A stretch of DNA of 64,000 nucleotides from NCBI GenBank assembly GCA_041855125.1, contig JBHADP010000034.1, positions 8,724 to 72,723 of the forward strand. The letters are read 5' to 3'. The notes below the pieces were generated by a model that was given only the letters and a program-made list of their open reading frames with translations, was not told the DNA's origin and searched no databases. Within the stretch, counting starts at the first letter, position 1. Each line of letters opens with the position of its first letter. This DNA is from Neisseria sp. GTDB lineage: Bacteria > Pseudomonadota > Gammaproteobacteria > Burkholderiales > Neisseriaceae. This document shows positions 31,720-42,400 of the stretch, one piece after another. The position numbers and the translations under genes are program-made.

Positions 31720-32949
31720 ATGGCGGTGCGTTTTCCACGCAAAATCACATTTATCATGTTGATATTTGTTTTGTTGCTGATCACTTTGATGGGGAGCGGA
31801 ATATTCGCATGGCTTTTTCTGAGCGAATTAGCCACACAAAAATACGGTATCATAGAAACCCCTATTGCCCATTATATGTGGTGGGGGATTATGATTGTGC
31901 AGTTAGTGGGATTGGCGGTGTTGGTACGCTATATGTTGGTATGGATACAACAGAATGCCACTTATCCTGCTGCATGGGTATTGTCGGCACGTTTGCGTGC
32001 AGCGGCGTTATTATTAGCGTTTTTAGTATTGGGCAACGTATTAACATGGCTCAACTGGAAACCCCAAGAAAGCTGGGCAGACTATTTTCTAGGGGGCTTA
32101 CTGATTGCCTTGTTTGCCACCACCGTGATTATGACGCGCCGTGCCATTAAAGTGGAGGGTGCAGCAAGCGATTGGATTGCCGATATTGAAGCCGAAGCCC
32201 AAGCCAAAGAAATCTTTTGGCAAGACATCCATAGCCGCCATCATAAAATTCCCCCTTTGCCCCCTATTGCGATTGAACATATCCACAATAGCCAGCCCCA
32301 ATATCCCTTAAACACCCGTTTTGAACGCATAGCTGTTGCTGCGGAGCAATTTACCGCCCTAATGATGCCCCTAGATGGCATAACCAATTACCAAAACACC
32401 TTAGAATGTTTTGCCAAACCGCACAACCAAGCCATTTTAAACATCTTTAAAGAAGACCTTGCCCAAGCGTGGGGCATTACCGATAGCCAAAGTAACCGTG
32501 AACAAGTCCAAGAGTTGCTCTCGCGTGCTGCCAACAGCTATAACGAACGGTTTAGCAACTGGAGCGAAGGTGGGCAGCAAATTTTGCACAATCTCGAAGA
32601 CTATTTTAACCAACTGGGTTTACATCTGGGCGACCGCAGCACCCTGCGTAACACCCCCATATCAGGCTTTGACTTGGTGCGTGTGCCTATCTTAGTGCGA
32701 CGCGGTTTTATGTTGGGCTATTTAAGCGAACAAGAAAGTCGGCAGTATTTAGAAGAAGCAGGCTTATATATCGTGCGCCATTATCCTAATTGGAAACAAT
32801 TTGCCTATTCCTATTTAGTGAGCTATTTAGAATGGCATTATCGCGAACGCGCCAAGCTCATTCATGTGGCGCATACCCGCGTGCAAATTGCCGAATACCT
32901 GCTCACACAACCCAATAGCATTGTGCAACAAAACCCCTTAGATGGCTGA
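31720..32949 (+). CDS. Membrane protein with C-terminal DUF1266-like domain
   Basis: About 4 N-terminal TM helices; AWGI, GFDLVR, GYLSEQE, NWKQFAYSY pattern as recalled for DUF1266. Confidence 0.65.
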   Translation: MAVRFPRKITFIMLIFVLLLITLMGSGIFAWLFLSELATQKYGIIETPIAHYMWWGIMIVQLVGLAVLVRYMLVWIQQNATYPAAWVLSARLRAAALLLAFLVLGNVLTWLNWKPQESWADYFLGGLLIALFATTVIMTRRAIKVEGAASDWIADIEAEAQAKEIFWQDIHSRHHKIPPLPPIAIEHIHNSQPQYPLNTRFERIAVAAEQFTALMMPLDGITNYQNTLECFAKPHNQAILNIFKEDLAQAWGITDSQSNREQVQELLSRAANSYNERFSNWSEGGQQILHNLEDYFNQLGLHLGDRSTLRNTPISGFDLVRVPILVRRGFMLGYLSEQESRQYLEEAGLYIVRHYPNWKQFAYSYLVSYLEWHYRERAKLIHVAHTRVQIAEYLLTQPNSIVQQNPLDG

Positions 32950-33130
32950 CAAGGCTTGCTTCTTTCCCATAAACTGCTAAACTCTTTACTCTCTTTTACA
33001 GATACACCATACACAATAATGAAGCACACAGCCTTACCCATTTTATCTTTTTATCAATCTTAATTTTGGGCAGCCCTGTTTTAAAGAGTGGCTGCCTATT
33101 GTTTTAAATTACTAAGGAAAACAAAAAACT

Positions 33131-34699
33131 ATGGATTTAAGCTGGTTAGCCGAGCCGCAAACATGGATAGGTTTTGCCACCCTATTAATCTTAGAAGTCG
33201 TGTTGGGGGTGGATAACCTCGTCTTTGTTGCCATTTTAGCCAACAAAGTCAAACCCAAATTACGCGACCACGCTCGTATTGTGGGTTTAACCCTAGCCGT
33301 ATTGATGCGTTTAGTGATGCTGGGCTTTATGGCACACATCATGACCTTAACTGCCCCATTTATGCACATTGCAGGATACCCTGTGGCGGGCAAAGACCTG
33401 ATTATGCTGTTTGGCGGTTTATTTTTGCTCTACAAAGCCACCACCGAACTACATGAACGCTTAGAAGGCGTGAACCACTTTGCCGTTGCCGACCACAACA
33501 AAAAACACGCTTCCTTTTGGAGTGTTGTGATTCAAATCTTAATTTTAGATGCCGTATTCTCCATTGATGCCGTGATTACTGCTGTGGCGATGGTGGAACA
33601 TGTGGTGGTAGCAATGGGCGCGGTGGTGGTCGCCATGACGTTGATGATACTTGCCAGCAAACCCCTGACCGAATTTGTGGATAAACACCCCACCGTAGTG
33701 ATGCTGTGTTTGGGCTTCCTATTAATGATTGGTTTTAGCTTGATTGCGGAAGCCTTCCATTTTGCCATTCCCAAAGGCTATCTCTATGCAGCGATTGGCT
33801 TTTCTATCCTGATTGAGATTTTCAACCAAGTTGCCCAACGCAACACCAAGCGCAACGACTATATTGGCAGCTCATGGCGACAACGTACGGCTGAAAACGT
33901 CTTAGGCATGATGGGAATACGCGAAAGCATCTTGGCAAAAGCAGGCAACGAAGCCAAAGACGACAGCCATTTTGAAGAAAACGAAAAATCCATGATACGC
34001 AGCGTATTAACCTTAGCAGAGCGTCCTATTTTGGGCGTGATGATACCGCGCCGCGACATTGAACGCTTGGATATTTCCCAAAGCAAAGCCGAACAAAAAC
34101 AACAACTGCAAACCACACCATATTCCCGTTTATTAGTGGTGGGGAAAGCAGGGGTAGATGAACCCTTGGGCTATATCAATAAAAAAGACTTATTAAACCA
34201 AGTATTAGCCGATGGTGAACTCAATATTCATGCCGCATTGCGTCAGCCCCTCATTCTGCCCGACAGCACCACCGCTTTAAACGCCATCGAATTATTCCGC
34301 CAAAACAGTGCCGATTATTCCCTTGTGGTAGATGAATTTGGTGCGGTGTTAGGCATGGTAACCATGAAAGATTTATTGGAAACCATTGCAGGCGAGTTCC
34401 CCGAAGAATTTGAGCGCACCGAAGAACCTTCTTTACAAGCTGATGCCGTCAATCAAACCTTAATTGTGGATGGGGCATTAGAATATGTGGAACTTGCTCC
34501 GCAGCTTAATCTGCCGCCACCAGAAGAAGATGCCGATTATCACACCGTAGCAGGCTTGATTATGGAGGAATTGCAAACGCTGCCCGAAGTGGGCGAATAT
34601 ACTGATTTTCATGGTTGGCGATTTGAAGTGTTGGAAAAAGCAGGGCAGCGTATTGAGCGCGTGAAAATCAGCAAACTTGGTGAAACAGAAGAAGATTAA
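33131..34699 (+). CDS. TerC family protein with CBS and CorC/HlyC domains (YegH-like)
   Basis: LEVVLGVDN, DAVFSID, VVDEFG, CBS pair. Confidence 0.9.
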   Translation: MDLSWLAEPQTWIGFATLLILEVVLGVDNLVFVAILANKVKPKLRDHARIVGLTLAVLMRLVMLGFMAHIMTLTAPFMHIAGYPVAGKDLIMLFGGLFLLYKATTELHERLEGVNHFAVADHNKKHASFWSVVIQILILDAVFSIDAVITAVAMVEHVVVAMGAVVVAMTLMILASKPLTEFVDKHPTVVMLCLGFLLMIGFSLIAEAFHFAIPKGYLYAAIGFSILIEIFNQVAQRNTKRNDYIGSSWRQRTAENVLGMMGIRESILAKAGNEAKDDSHFEENEKSMIRSVLTLAERPILGVMIPRRDIERLDISQSKAEQKQQLQTTPYSRLLVVGKAGVDEPLGYINKKDLLNQVLADGELNIHAALRQPLILPDSTTALNAIELFRQNSADYSLVVDEFGAVLGMVTMKDLLETIAGEFPEEFERTEEPSLQADAVNQTLIVDGALEYVELAPQLNLPPPEEDADYHTVAGLIMEELQTLPEVGEYTDFHGWRFEVLEKAGQRIERVKISKLGETEED

Positions 34700-34718
34700 A
34701 AATAATTGCAAAAAACGC

Positions 34719-34747
34719 TTGACAGCTTTTTTAGAGATTACTATAAT
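34719..34747 (+). promoter_or_regulatory. Consensus sigma70 promoter of tRNA-Asn
   Basis: TTGACA-17 bp-TATAAT just upstream of the tRNA. Confidence 0.9.
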
Positions 34748-34759
34748 TCTATCTTCAAT

Positions 34760-34835
34760 TCCCCGATAGCTCAGTCGGTAGAGCGACGGACTGTTAATCC
34801 GCAGGTCGCTGGTTCGAGCCCAGCTCGGGGAGCCA
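34760..34835 (+). tRNA. tRNA-Asn(GTT)
   Basis: Cloverleaf: TCCCCGA/TCGGGGA acceptor, GTT anticodon, GGTTCGAG T-loop, encoded CCA. Confidence 0.97.
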
Positions 34836-34840
34836 AATAC

Positions 34841-34871
34841 AAAAGCCCAGTTTATTGAAACTGGGCTTTTT
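34841..34871 (+). terminator. tRNA terminator
   Basis: AAAAGCCCAG/CTGGGCTTTT. Confidence 0.85.
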
Positions 34872-34933
34872 GCTGTCTCTCCAAAAGCCCATCTTATGAT
34901 GCAAAGCCACCCTTCATCAAATTTTCTTTTTGG

Positions 34934-35043
34934 TTGAAACCCCGCCATTGATGGCGGATCATTCAAACAGGGGGGGCGTAACCCCTTCTGTTTCAGAGCA
35001 ACACACAGGGCGACGCTTGATGTGTTGTCCTGTGTGTTGAAAC
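34934..35043 (+). repeat. Composite three-hairpin element X ending in copy D of the TGTGTTGAAAC unit
   Basis: Colinear similarity with 46375-46466. Confidence 0.7.
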
Positions 35044-35069
35044 ATGGATACAAGCGGTTGGTACCTTAT

Positions 35070-35106
35070 AAAAAAACAACGCCTATCATGGGCGTTGTTT
35101 TTTTTT
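35070..35106 (-). terminator. Terminator of fetA-like gene
   Basis: AAAAAAACAACGCC/GGCGTTGTTTTTTT. Confidence 0.8.
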
Positions 35107-35118
35107 GCGAAGATGCAC

Positions 35119-37192
35119 TTAGAAAGTGTAGTTCAATGCAACACGATATTCACGACCTGCACCGGGTAAATCACTGCGTTGGGCGTGAGGGATATAATTT
35201 TTGTTGGCAATATTATTGATGGCAAAATTCACATTCATTTTGTCCTTACCAAAAGGTTTCCAGTTGGCAATAATATCGGTTACGCCATAAGAGGGTTTAT
35301 CGCGGGTGGTGGCGGTAACAGTTTGATGAGACAAGAAAATAGTATCTTGCTTGTTCAATTTTTCCACTTGGCGATGTTGTACACCAATTTCTAAATTCGG
35401 TTTAGCAAAACGATAGGACAATGAACCCGTCCAAGTGCGACCAGTACGCATTGCATATTCAGGCTTATTGCTTAAAAGTTCACCATAAAATTTCGGCTTA
35501 CTGTGGGCAACGCCTAAACGCGCGATCCAACCGTTTTTACGGAATGATGCGCCCAATTCATAGCCTGAATTTTTCACTTTACCCGCATTGATAATTTCTG
35601 AGTAACAGGTGCGGTTGCCCCCTGTACACAAGTGATTATTGCGACCTGTGGTGGTGCCTAAGGCATCATTGATATTTTGCCAGAAATAGCTGCCTTCAAA
35701 GCCAAAAGTGCCGTCATTGTAGTTAAAACCAATTTCGGTGTTTCTGGCTTTTTCTGCTTTGGTGCCATTGGCAATGGAAACGATACCACGCGCACCATGT
35801 GCCATTAAAGCATCATGCATACGAGGGCTACGAGTGGCATAGTTATGGCTAGCGCTCAAGCTCAAAGCAGGCAGGGCTTGCCAAATCACACCCACGCTAG
35901 GATTCACGGCACCATCGCTTACTTTTTTGCCATCCATGGCTTTAAAATTAAAATGGTCATAACGTAAACCTGTGGTGAGCGTTACATTTTTAATATCCGT
36001 AATCAGCTCTGCATAAGTGCCCACATCTTGTTTTTCTTGATTGTTTATCCCTGCAAGGAAAAATTGATTGGGTTTCACTTCTTGAGTGCGGTAGTTCACA
36101 CCATATTTCAACAACATATTATCCCGAATATTGGAATCAAAATTGACATTGGCACCAATGGTTTCCACTTCGGTTTTGGTAGAACCCGTATTGCGATTGC
36201 CGCCTGCATAGCCATTACCTGCATCGCTGGCAGACCAACGACCATGTTCCATGCGATAAATATTGGCATTGGCAGCTTGAGCAAAGCCTAAATCTTTCGC
36301 CGTCCATTCCAAATTGGTGTTGGTAACGCTCATTTTACGCATCGCAGGGGCTTGGCGTGCCACAGAAAGGTCGCGGGCAATAGAAAATTCTTCGCGCACC
36401 AAGCGGTCGCCTTCATGTTGCTCTTTCATATGGCTCAATGCAAAGCGATGGTCGCCCACATTTGCACCAATTTTTGCCAGATAGCTGATTTTATCCAATG
36501 CGCTATACGGTACTTTATTCAAACCTGTTGCTGAATTAATATAACCTTTACCGCCTTCATATTCATTTTCATTGACGCGGTTGCCTGCGATTAAGTAGTC
36601 AAACACCTCGTTTTTGCCAAATACCGACAAGCCATAGTTATGACCATCATTGCTGCTGTATCCTGCATTGATTTTGGCACCAAAATTAGGATTGCTGCTG
36701 TTTTTCAATAAATCTTTAGCATCTAAGGTTTTGGCAATGATGGCACCATTGGTTTGACCAATACCTGCTGATGCGCTGCCTGCACCTTTTTGCACCGATA
36801 CAATTTTCACCAAAGCAGGGTCTAACATATGACGACCTTGGTGATAGTGGATTTGGCTGTCGGAATAAGCATTGTCTAGCTTAATATCCACCGAGTTTTG
36901 TCCCATATTGCGGATATACAGATATTGCGATGTACCATTACCGCCGCCGATGGCAATTGCAGGTTCATCTTTAAACAAGCCGCGTAAATCGGTTTCGGTG
37001 CTTTCGTCTTTTAATTGGGTGGTAACCACATTGGTTTTAACTTTCATCCCTTGGCGGTCGCCCGTAACCGTTACGGTGTCAAGATGCGCGGTCGTGGTTT
37101 CGGGGGGGAGAGGCTGTATCAGCAAATGCAGGAACAGCAAATAATGCACCTAATACAGCAGTTGTTAAAGGGACGGGTTTAAAATGAGTCAT
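35119..37192 (-). CDS. fetA: FetA/FrpB-like TonB-dependent iron receptor, frameshifted (+1) at C7 tract after the signal peptide
   Basis: LDTVTVTGDRQG TonB box, GGGNGTSQ, DPALVK, C-terminal NYTF; signal peptide starting 37192 is out of frame with the body. Confidence 0.85.
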
Positions 37193-37262
37193 CCTGTATA
37201 TCCTTGAATTTAAAATGGTTCAATCTTAAATTATTTACTGTTTTTTTTACTTCATAAATAAC

Positions 37263-37281
37263 AATAATGATTATCAATAAA
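37263..37281. promoter_or_regulatory. Fur box upstream of fetA-like gene
   Basis: AATAATGATTATCAATAAA, 14/19 to GATAATGATAATCATTATC. Confidence 0.7.
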
Positions 37282-37329
37282 ATGATTGCAGATATTAACA
37301 GGATTTTTCATCATTGTAAAAAAGTTTGT

Positions 37330-37360
37330 AAAAAAAACGCTGCTTGGATAGCAGCGTTTT
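37330..37360 (-). terminator. metNIQ terminator
   Basis: AAAACGCTGC/GCAGCGTTTT with T-run on minus strand. Confidence 0.75.
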
Positions 37361-37377
37361 GTATGGATGCAACGTGA

Positions 37378-38322
37378 TTATTTGCTGGCGGCGGTGGCAG
37401 AAGCAGTGGAAGCGGCTTCGGCTTTCGCGCCTGCGGCAGCGTTTTCGCCCCATGCAGCAGGGTATTTATAGCCTGCAAAACGGGTTTTGGCATATTGTTT
37501 AAAGTCGTCTGAATTGTAGGCAGCCGTAACGTCTTGCAACCATTTGCTGTCTTTGTCTGCCACTTTCACTGCCGACCAGTTTACATAAGCATAGCTTGGC
37601 TCTTGGAACAAGGCTTCGGTGAGCTTCATGCCTGAGCTGGTGGCGTAGTTGCCATTTACAATCGCAAAGTCTACATCTTGACGGCTGCGCGGTAATTGTG
37701 CAGCTTCTAATTCAACGATTTTGATGTTTTTCAGATTTTCGGCGATGTCGGCTTTAGAAGCGGTGAGTGGGTTAACATCGGCTTTTAATTTAATCCAACC
37801 CAATTCGTTTAACATCACTAAAGCACGAGCGAAGTTAGAAGGGTCGTTAGGGGCAGACACGCTCACACCATCTTTAACTTCTTCCAATGATTTTAATTTA
37901 CCAGGGTATAAGCCCAAAGGTGCGGTTGGCACTTGGAAGGCTTCAGTAATGTTTAAATTGTGTTTGGCTTTGAAATCATCTAAATAAGGTTTGTGTTGGA
38001 ACACGTTTAAGTCTAATTCGCCTTCTGCCAAAGCCAAATTAGGACGCACATAATCGGTGAATTCAACCAATTTCACTTGATAGCCTTGTTTTTCTAAGGC
38101 AGGTTGAATTTGGTCTTTTACCATGTCGCCAAAATCGCCTACGGTTGTACCAATGACGATTTCTTTTTTCTCGCCTGTGGTGGGAGCAGAGGCAGCAGAA
38201 GCGGCTGATGCTGTGCCAGAAGCAGCAGGGGCAGCAGGTGTGTTTTGGTTTTGACCGCCACAAGCAGCCAATGCCAACACGAGGGCAGACAAGGAAAAGG
38301 TTTTCAATACATTAACTTGCAT
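37378..38322 (-). CDS. metQ: Methionine ABC transporter lipoprotein MetQ
   Basis: LAAC lipobox; EFTDYVRPNLAL, FQHKPYL, PNDPSNFARAL. Confidence 0.93.
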   Translation of the reverse strand: MQVNVLKTFSLSALVLALAACGGQNQNTPAAPAASGTASAASAASAPTTGEKKEIVIGTTVGDFGDMVKDQIQPALEKQGYQVKLVEFTDYVRPNLALAEGELDLNVFQHKPYLDDFKAKHNLNITEAFQVPTAPLGLYPGKLKSLEEVKDGVSVSAPNDPSNFARALVMLNELGWIKLKADVNPLTASKADIAENLKNIKIVELEAAQLPRSRQDVDFAIVNGNYATSSGMKLTEALFQEPSYAYVNWSAVKVADKDSKWLQDVTAAYNSDDFKQYAKTRFAGYKYPAAWGENAAAGAKAEAASTASATAASK

Positions 38323-38359
38323 GGTTTACTCCAAAAAGGGAAAGAGGATAGGGGATGTT

Positions 38360-39046
38360 TCAACGTTTATCGAGTTTGCGAGCAATTTGATTGCCCAAAG
38401 TTTGTATTAATATCACTAATAAGACTAAGATGGCAACAATAAAGATGATGACTTCGGTTTGATAGCGATAATAACCATAGCGAATGGCTAAATCGCCCAA
38501 ACCACCACCACCAATCATGCCTGCTGCCGCGCTGTATGATAATAAACCAATCGCCAGCACGGTAATGCTGGACACCATGCCTGCGCGGGCTTCATTGAGC
38601 AAAACTTTGCGGATAATGGTTAATGGTGTTGCGCCCATGCTGGTGGCAGCTTCAATCACGCCACGCGGCACTTCACGCAAATTTTGTTCGACTAAACGGG
38701 CAAAATAAAATAAACCCGATACGCTTAACACCAACGAAGCCGCCACAGGACCGATGGTGGTGCCTACAATGGCGCGTGTGGCAGGAATCATGGCAATCAT
38801 TAAAATCACAAAGGGAAAAGCGCGCATTAAATTGACCAGATTATCCAAAGTGAAATGCAGGGGGCGATGGTAATAAAGCTGACGATTACCTGTTACAAAT
38901 AAGCCCACGCCTAATAAGGTGCCAAATAAAGTGGCAACGGTGGTGGATAAACCCACCATAATAAAGGTTTCCCATAAGGCTTGTATGATTTCGCCGCGCA
39001 TATTGCTGATGGTTTGCAAGGCGGGAGCAACTTGTGTTTCACTCAT
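38360..39046 (-). CDS. metI: Methionine ABC permease MetI
   Basis: RAFPFVILM, EAA loop, GGGGLGDLAIRYGY. Confidence 0.93.
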   Translation of the reverse strand: MSETQVAPALQTISNMRGEIIQALWETFIMVGLSTTVATLFGTLLGVGLFVTGNRQLYYHRPLHFTLDNLVNLMRAFPFVILMIAMIPATRAIVGTTIGPVAASLVLSVSGLFYFARLVEQNLREVPRGVIEAATSMGATPLTIIRKVLLNEARAGMVSSITVLAIGLLSYSAAAGMIGGGGLGDLAIRYGYYRYQTEVIIFIVAILVLLVILIQTLGNQIARKLDKR

Positions 39047-39047
39047 C

Positions 39048-39785
39048 TTAATCTTCCTGTATCAATTCGCGCCCGATTTCGGATTGTGCGTGTAACTGGT
39101 TGTCTTTAATATTAACAACTTCCAATAGCTTGCCTTGGTGCAATAAAGCGGCGCGGTCGCATAAGCGGCGCAATACACTCATCTCGTGGGTAACAATGAC
39201 AATGGTAACGTTGAAGCGATGATTAATATCGGCTAAGCATTCTAAAACGCTGCGAGTGGTGGCAGGGTCGAGAGCGGAGGTGGGTTCATCTGCCAAAATA
39301 ACGCTGGGGCTAGGTGCAAGGGCGCGTGCAATGCCTACGCGCTGTTTTTGTCCACCTGATAATTGGGCAGGATAATGTTGGGCGCGGTCTGCCAATCCCA
39401 CAATCTCCAAGCATTCGGCAACACGCTGTTGAATTTTATCGCTTTGCCAACCTGCAATTTCTAAGGGAAATGCCACATTATCGGCAACGGTGCGGTTGCT
39501 TAATAAATTAAACTGTTGAAACACCATGCCAATATTTTGCCGCGCTTCACGCAGTTGGGCAGCATTCATACTGGTTAATTCTTTACCGTTTACAGTAACG
39601 GTGCCGCTATCAGGTCGCTCCAGTAAATTAATCAAGCGCAGTAAAGTGGATTTACCTGCGCCTGAATAACCCATCAAACCAAAAATCTCGCCTTGTTCAA
39701 TGCTCAAACTGGTTTCTTCTACGGCAGTAAACCAGCTTTTATCACGATGTTGATAACGTTTGGCAACTTTATCTAAAATAATCAT
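39048..39785 (-). CDS. metN: Methionine ABC ATPase MetN (short form without C-terminal regulatory domain)
   Basis: [32 protein letters not shown]; 245 aa. Confidence 0.92.
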   Translation of the reverse strand: MIILDKVAKRYQHRDKSWFTAVEETSLSIEQGEIFGLMGYSGAGKSTLLRLINLLERPDSGTVTVNGKELTSMNAAQLREARQNIGMVFQQFNLLSNRTVADNVAFPLEIAGWQSDKIQQRVAECLEIVGLADRAQHYPAQLSGGQKQRVGIARALAPSPSVILADEPTSALDPATTRSVLECLADINHRFNVTIVIVTHEMSVLRRLCDRAALLHQGKLLEVVNIKDNQLHAQSEIGRELIQED

Positions 39786-39881
39786 GTTTTATGCTTTGTA
39801 ATCAATCCATACAACGAAGCCCGATGCGAAAGAATCACAACGGGCTAAAAAATATAACAGCTTAAAATAAAAAACTCTGCA

Positions 39882-39928
39882 CGCTTTAGCTGTTTTTTAA
39901 CGCCCGCAAGCTGTATCAAATCGGCGCT
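39882..39928 (-). ncRNA. SAM-II riboswitch
   Basis: Minus strand AGCGCC-GATTT-GATACAGC-TTGC-GGGCGT-TAAAAAACA-GCTAAA-GCG shows SAM-II conserved blocks; upstream of metNIQ. Confidence 0.8.
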
Positions 39929-40114
39929 TAATCCATAAGTTAGAATTAAACTGTAATTTAACTTCAACGTCAAGCAGTTTCTTTTTCATTTTCCTAAGTT
40001 TAATTGATTTAAACAATCCTTACGGCTGCTTCAGATGATTTTCTGACCGTTTGGTGTTTAAGCCACTCTTTTTCAATAAGAAAATTTAATGTTGATTAGA
40101 GTGGGAAAACTAAA

Positions 40115-40867
40115 TCAGTGCATGACTTGGGCTAAGAATTGTTTGGCACGGTCGCTTTTGGGGTGGGTGAAGAACGACTCGGGCGTGGTGTCTTCCACGA
40201 TTTGTCCGTGGTCAACAAAAATAATGCGGTCGGCAACTTCGCGCGCAAAACCCATTTCGTGGGTAACACACATCATGGTCATGCCGCTGCCTGCCAAGTC
40301 TTTCATCACTTTTAATACTTCGCCCACCATTTCAGGGTCAAGGGCGGAAGTGGGTTCATCAAACAGCATTACTCGTGGTTCCATTGCCAAGCCGCGTGCA
40401 ATGGCAACGCGCTGTTGTTGTCCACCTGATAATTCTCCGGGCATGGCATCTTTTTTGTGCGCCAAACCCACACGGGTGAGCAATTCAACGGCTTTGCGTT
40501 CGGCTTCTGCACGGCTGACTTTTTTCACTTTCATGGGAGAGAGAATGATGTTTTCTAATACGCTTAAATGGGGATATAAATTAAAGTGTTGAAACACAAA
40601 GCCCACTTCAGCGCGTACTTGGTTTAAATCGGTTTTGGGGTCGGCAACATTAAAGCCATCTACCCAAATTTCGCCTGATTGAATACTTTCGAGCTGATTG
40701 ACGGTGCGAATCAGGGTGGATTTGCCACTGCCTGAAGGTCCACACACCACCACCACTTCGCCTTGTTTGATGTCGAGATTGGCGTTGTTGATAACGTGTA
40801 AGTCGTGGAAGTATTTGTTGACGTTTTTGAAACTTACCATGATTTTGTTGCTGTCGATAATGGTCAT
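40115..40867 (-). CDS. Polar amino-acid ABC transporter ATP-binding protein (GlnQ-like)
   Basis: [32 protein letters not shown]. Confidence 0.9.
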   Translation of the reverse strand: MTIIDSNKIMVSFKNVNKYFHDLHVINNANLDIKQGEVVVVCGPSGSGKSTLIRTVNQLESIQSGEIWVDGFNVADPKTDLNQVRAEVGFVFQHFNLYPHLSVLENIILSPMKVKKVSRAEAERKAVELLTRVGLAHKKDAMPGELSGGQQQRVAIARGLAMEPRVMLFDEPTSALDPEMVGEVLKVMKDLAGSGMTMMCVTHEMGFAREVADRIIFVDHGQIVEDTTPESFFTHPKSDRAKQFLAQVMH

Positions 40868-40882
40868 TGTTGGGCTTTCTGT

Positions 40883-41656
40883 TTATTTTTGAATGAGATG
40901 GTTACTCAGTTGAACGTATTGTTCGGGGGCAATATGTTCGGCGCGGTCTTGCGGATTGATGTGGACGGCAAGTAAGTCGTCATCGTTGGCAAGGTCTTTA
41001 AGGTTGTTGCGTATGGTTTTGCGCCGTTGATGAAACGCTTGTTTCACTAATTGGCTAAAATGGGCAAAATCATGTGCTTTGCCTAAACGATGGGCAACGG
41101 GAATCATGCGAACCACAGCAGAATCAACTTTAGGTGCAGGGTCAAACGATTCGGGCGGCACATCAATTAAGGATTCCATATCAAAGAAATACTGCAACAT
41201 CACGCTCAAGCGTCCATAATCGTTGCTTTTAGGTGTTGCCACCATGCGTTCAACCACTTCTTTTTGTAGCATAAAGTGCATATCAATGACTTCATCTGCC
41301 ACTTCGCTTAAGCGAAAGAGGAGGGGTGTGGAAATGTTGTAAGGCAAGTTGCCCACAATTTTTTTTCTGCCTACGATGCTGTGAAAATCAAATTGTAAAA
41401 CATCGCCTTCGTGAATGATGAGTTGGTGGGCAAAAGGCAGGTTTTTTAAGCGTTTGACAATATCGCGGTCAATTTCTATCACATGCAGTTGTTTGAGTTT
41501 TTGGGCTAACGGCTCGGTGATGGCGGCTAAACCCGGTCCAATTTCAATCACAATATCATCAGGCTGTGGGCGAACGGCATTCACGATGTCGCTGATGATG
41601 CGGGTGTCTTGTAAAAAATTTTGCCCAAATCGTTTGCGGGCTTTGTGTTCTTTCAT
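40883..41656 (-). CDS. rsmA: 16S rRNA dimethyladenosine transferase
   Basis: [35 protein letters not shown]. Confidence 0.96.
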   Translation of the reverse strand: MKEHKARKRFGQNFLQDTRIISDIVNAVRPQPDDIVIEIGPGLAAITEPLAQKLKQLHVIEIDRDIVKRLKNLPFAHQLIIHEGDVLQFDFHSIVGRKKIVGNLPYNISTPLLFRLSEVADEVIDMHFMLQKEVVERMVATPKSNDYGRLSVMLQYFFDMESLIDVPPESFDPAPKVDSAVVRMIPVAHRLGKAHDFAHFSQLVKQAFHQRRKTIRNNLKDLANDDDLLAVHINPQDRAEHIAPEQYVQLSNHLIQK

Positions 41657-41757
41657 TGTTTATTGGCAGGGGAAAAAATTTAAGGGCATATTGTAGCGGA
41701 AAAATTTGTGCTGATGGGTTTTGTTGATAAGATGGCGCTTTTTTGGGGAGGATAAAG

Positions 41758-42375
41758 ATGGCTTTGGTGTATTTGGCTTCGGGCAGTCCGCGCCGCCGTG
41801 AGATTTTGCAGCAATTAGGTTATCAGGTGGAACGGTTGGTGGCGGAAATTGATGAAACGCCTGATGGGGGCGAAACGGCTTGGGATTATGTGCAGCGTAT
41901 GGCGCAGGAAAAAAATGCTGCCGCCGTGCAAAAATGGTATCAGCAGTGTGATGATGCCCCTGCTGCGCCTATTATCACGGCTGATACAACGGTGGCACTG
42001 CATAATCAGATTTTGGGTAAACCGCAGCATGCAGAACACGCACAAGAGATATTGTCGGCTTTATCGGGCAACACGCATCAGGTTTTAACGGCGGTGTGTG
42101 TGTCTTTTCAAGGGCAAACGGAAAGTGTGGTGCAAAGCAGTGATGTGTGTTTTAAAACGCTAACGTCTGCTGAAATTCAAGCCTATATTGCTACGGGCGA
42201 GCCGATGGATAAGGCTGGGGCGTATGGTATTCAAGGTTTGGGCGGGGTGTTTGTGCATCATTTAGAAGGCAGTTTTACGGGGGTGATGGGTTTGCCTGTG
42301 TATGAAACGTGTGCATTATTGGCAAAAATGGCTTATGTGGTGCCGCCATTTTTACCGAATTTGATTAAAAAATAG
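41758..42375 (+). CDS. maf: Maf family nucleoside triphosphate pyrophosphatase
   Basis: LASGSPRR, ADTTV, GKP, DKAGAYGIQG; GGAGG RBS before MALVYL. Confidence 0.92.
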   Translation: MALVYLASGSPRRREILQQLGYQVERLVAEIDETPDGGETAWDYVQRMAQEKNAAAVQKWYQQCDDAPAAPIITADTTVALHNQILGKPQHAEHAQEILSALSGNTHQVLTAVCVSFQGQTESVVQSSDVCFKTLTSAEIQAYIATGEPMDKAGAYGIQGLGGVFVHHLEGSFTGVMGLPVYETCALLAKMAYVVPPFLPNLIKK

Positions 42376-42400
42376 GCAATTTAATAAGCTATTTGTTTTG

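Noticed and set aside
32950-33130. yybP-ykoY Mn riboswitch upstream of terC
   Set aside because: Conserved GGGGAGUAGC-type blocks not visible
34934-35043. True CRISPR array from repeated TTGAAAC ends
   Set aside because: Only two tails per locus, the intervening sequence is shared between loci rather than unique spacers, and no cas genes are in the window
34760-35118. tRNA-anchored genomic island
   Set aside because: No integrase and no duplicated tRNA 3' end seen in the window
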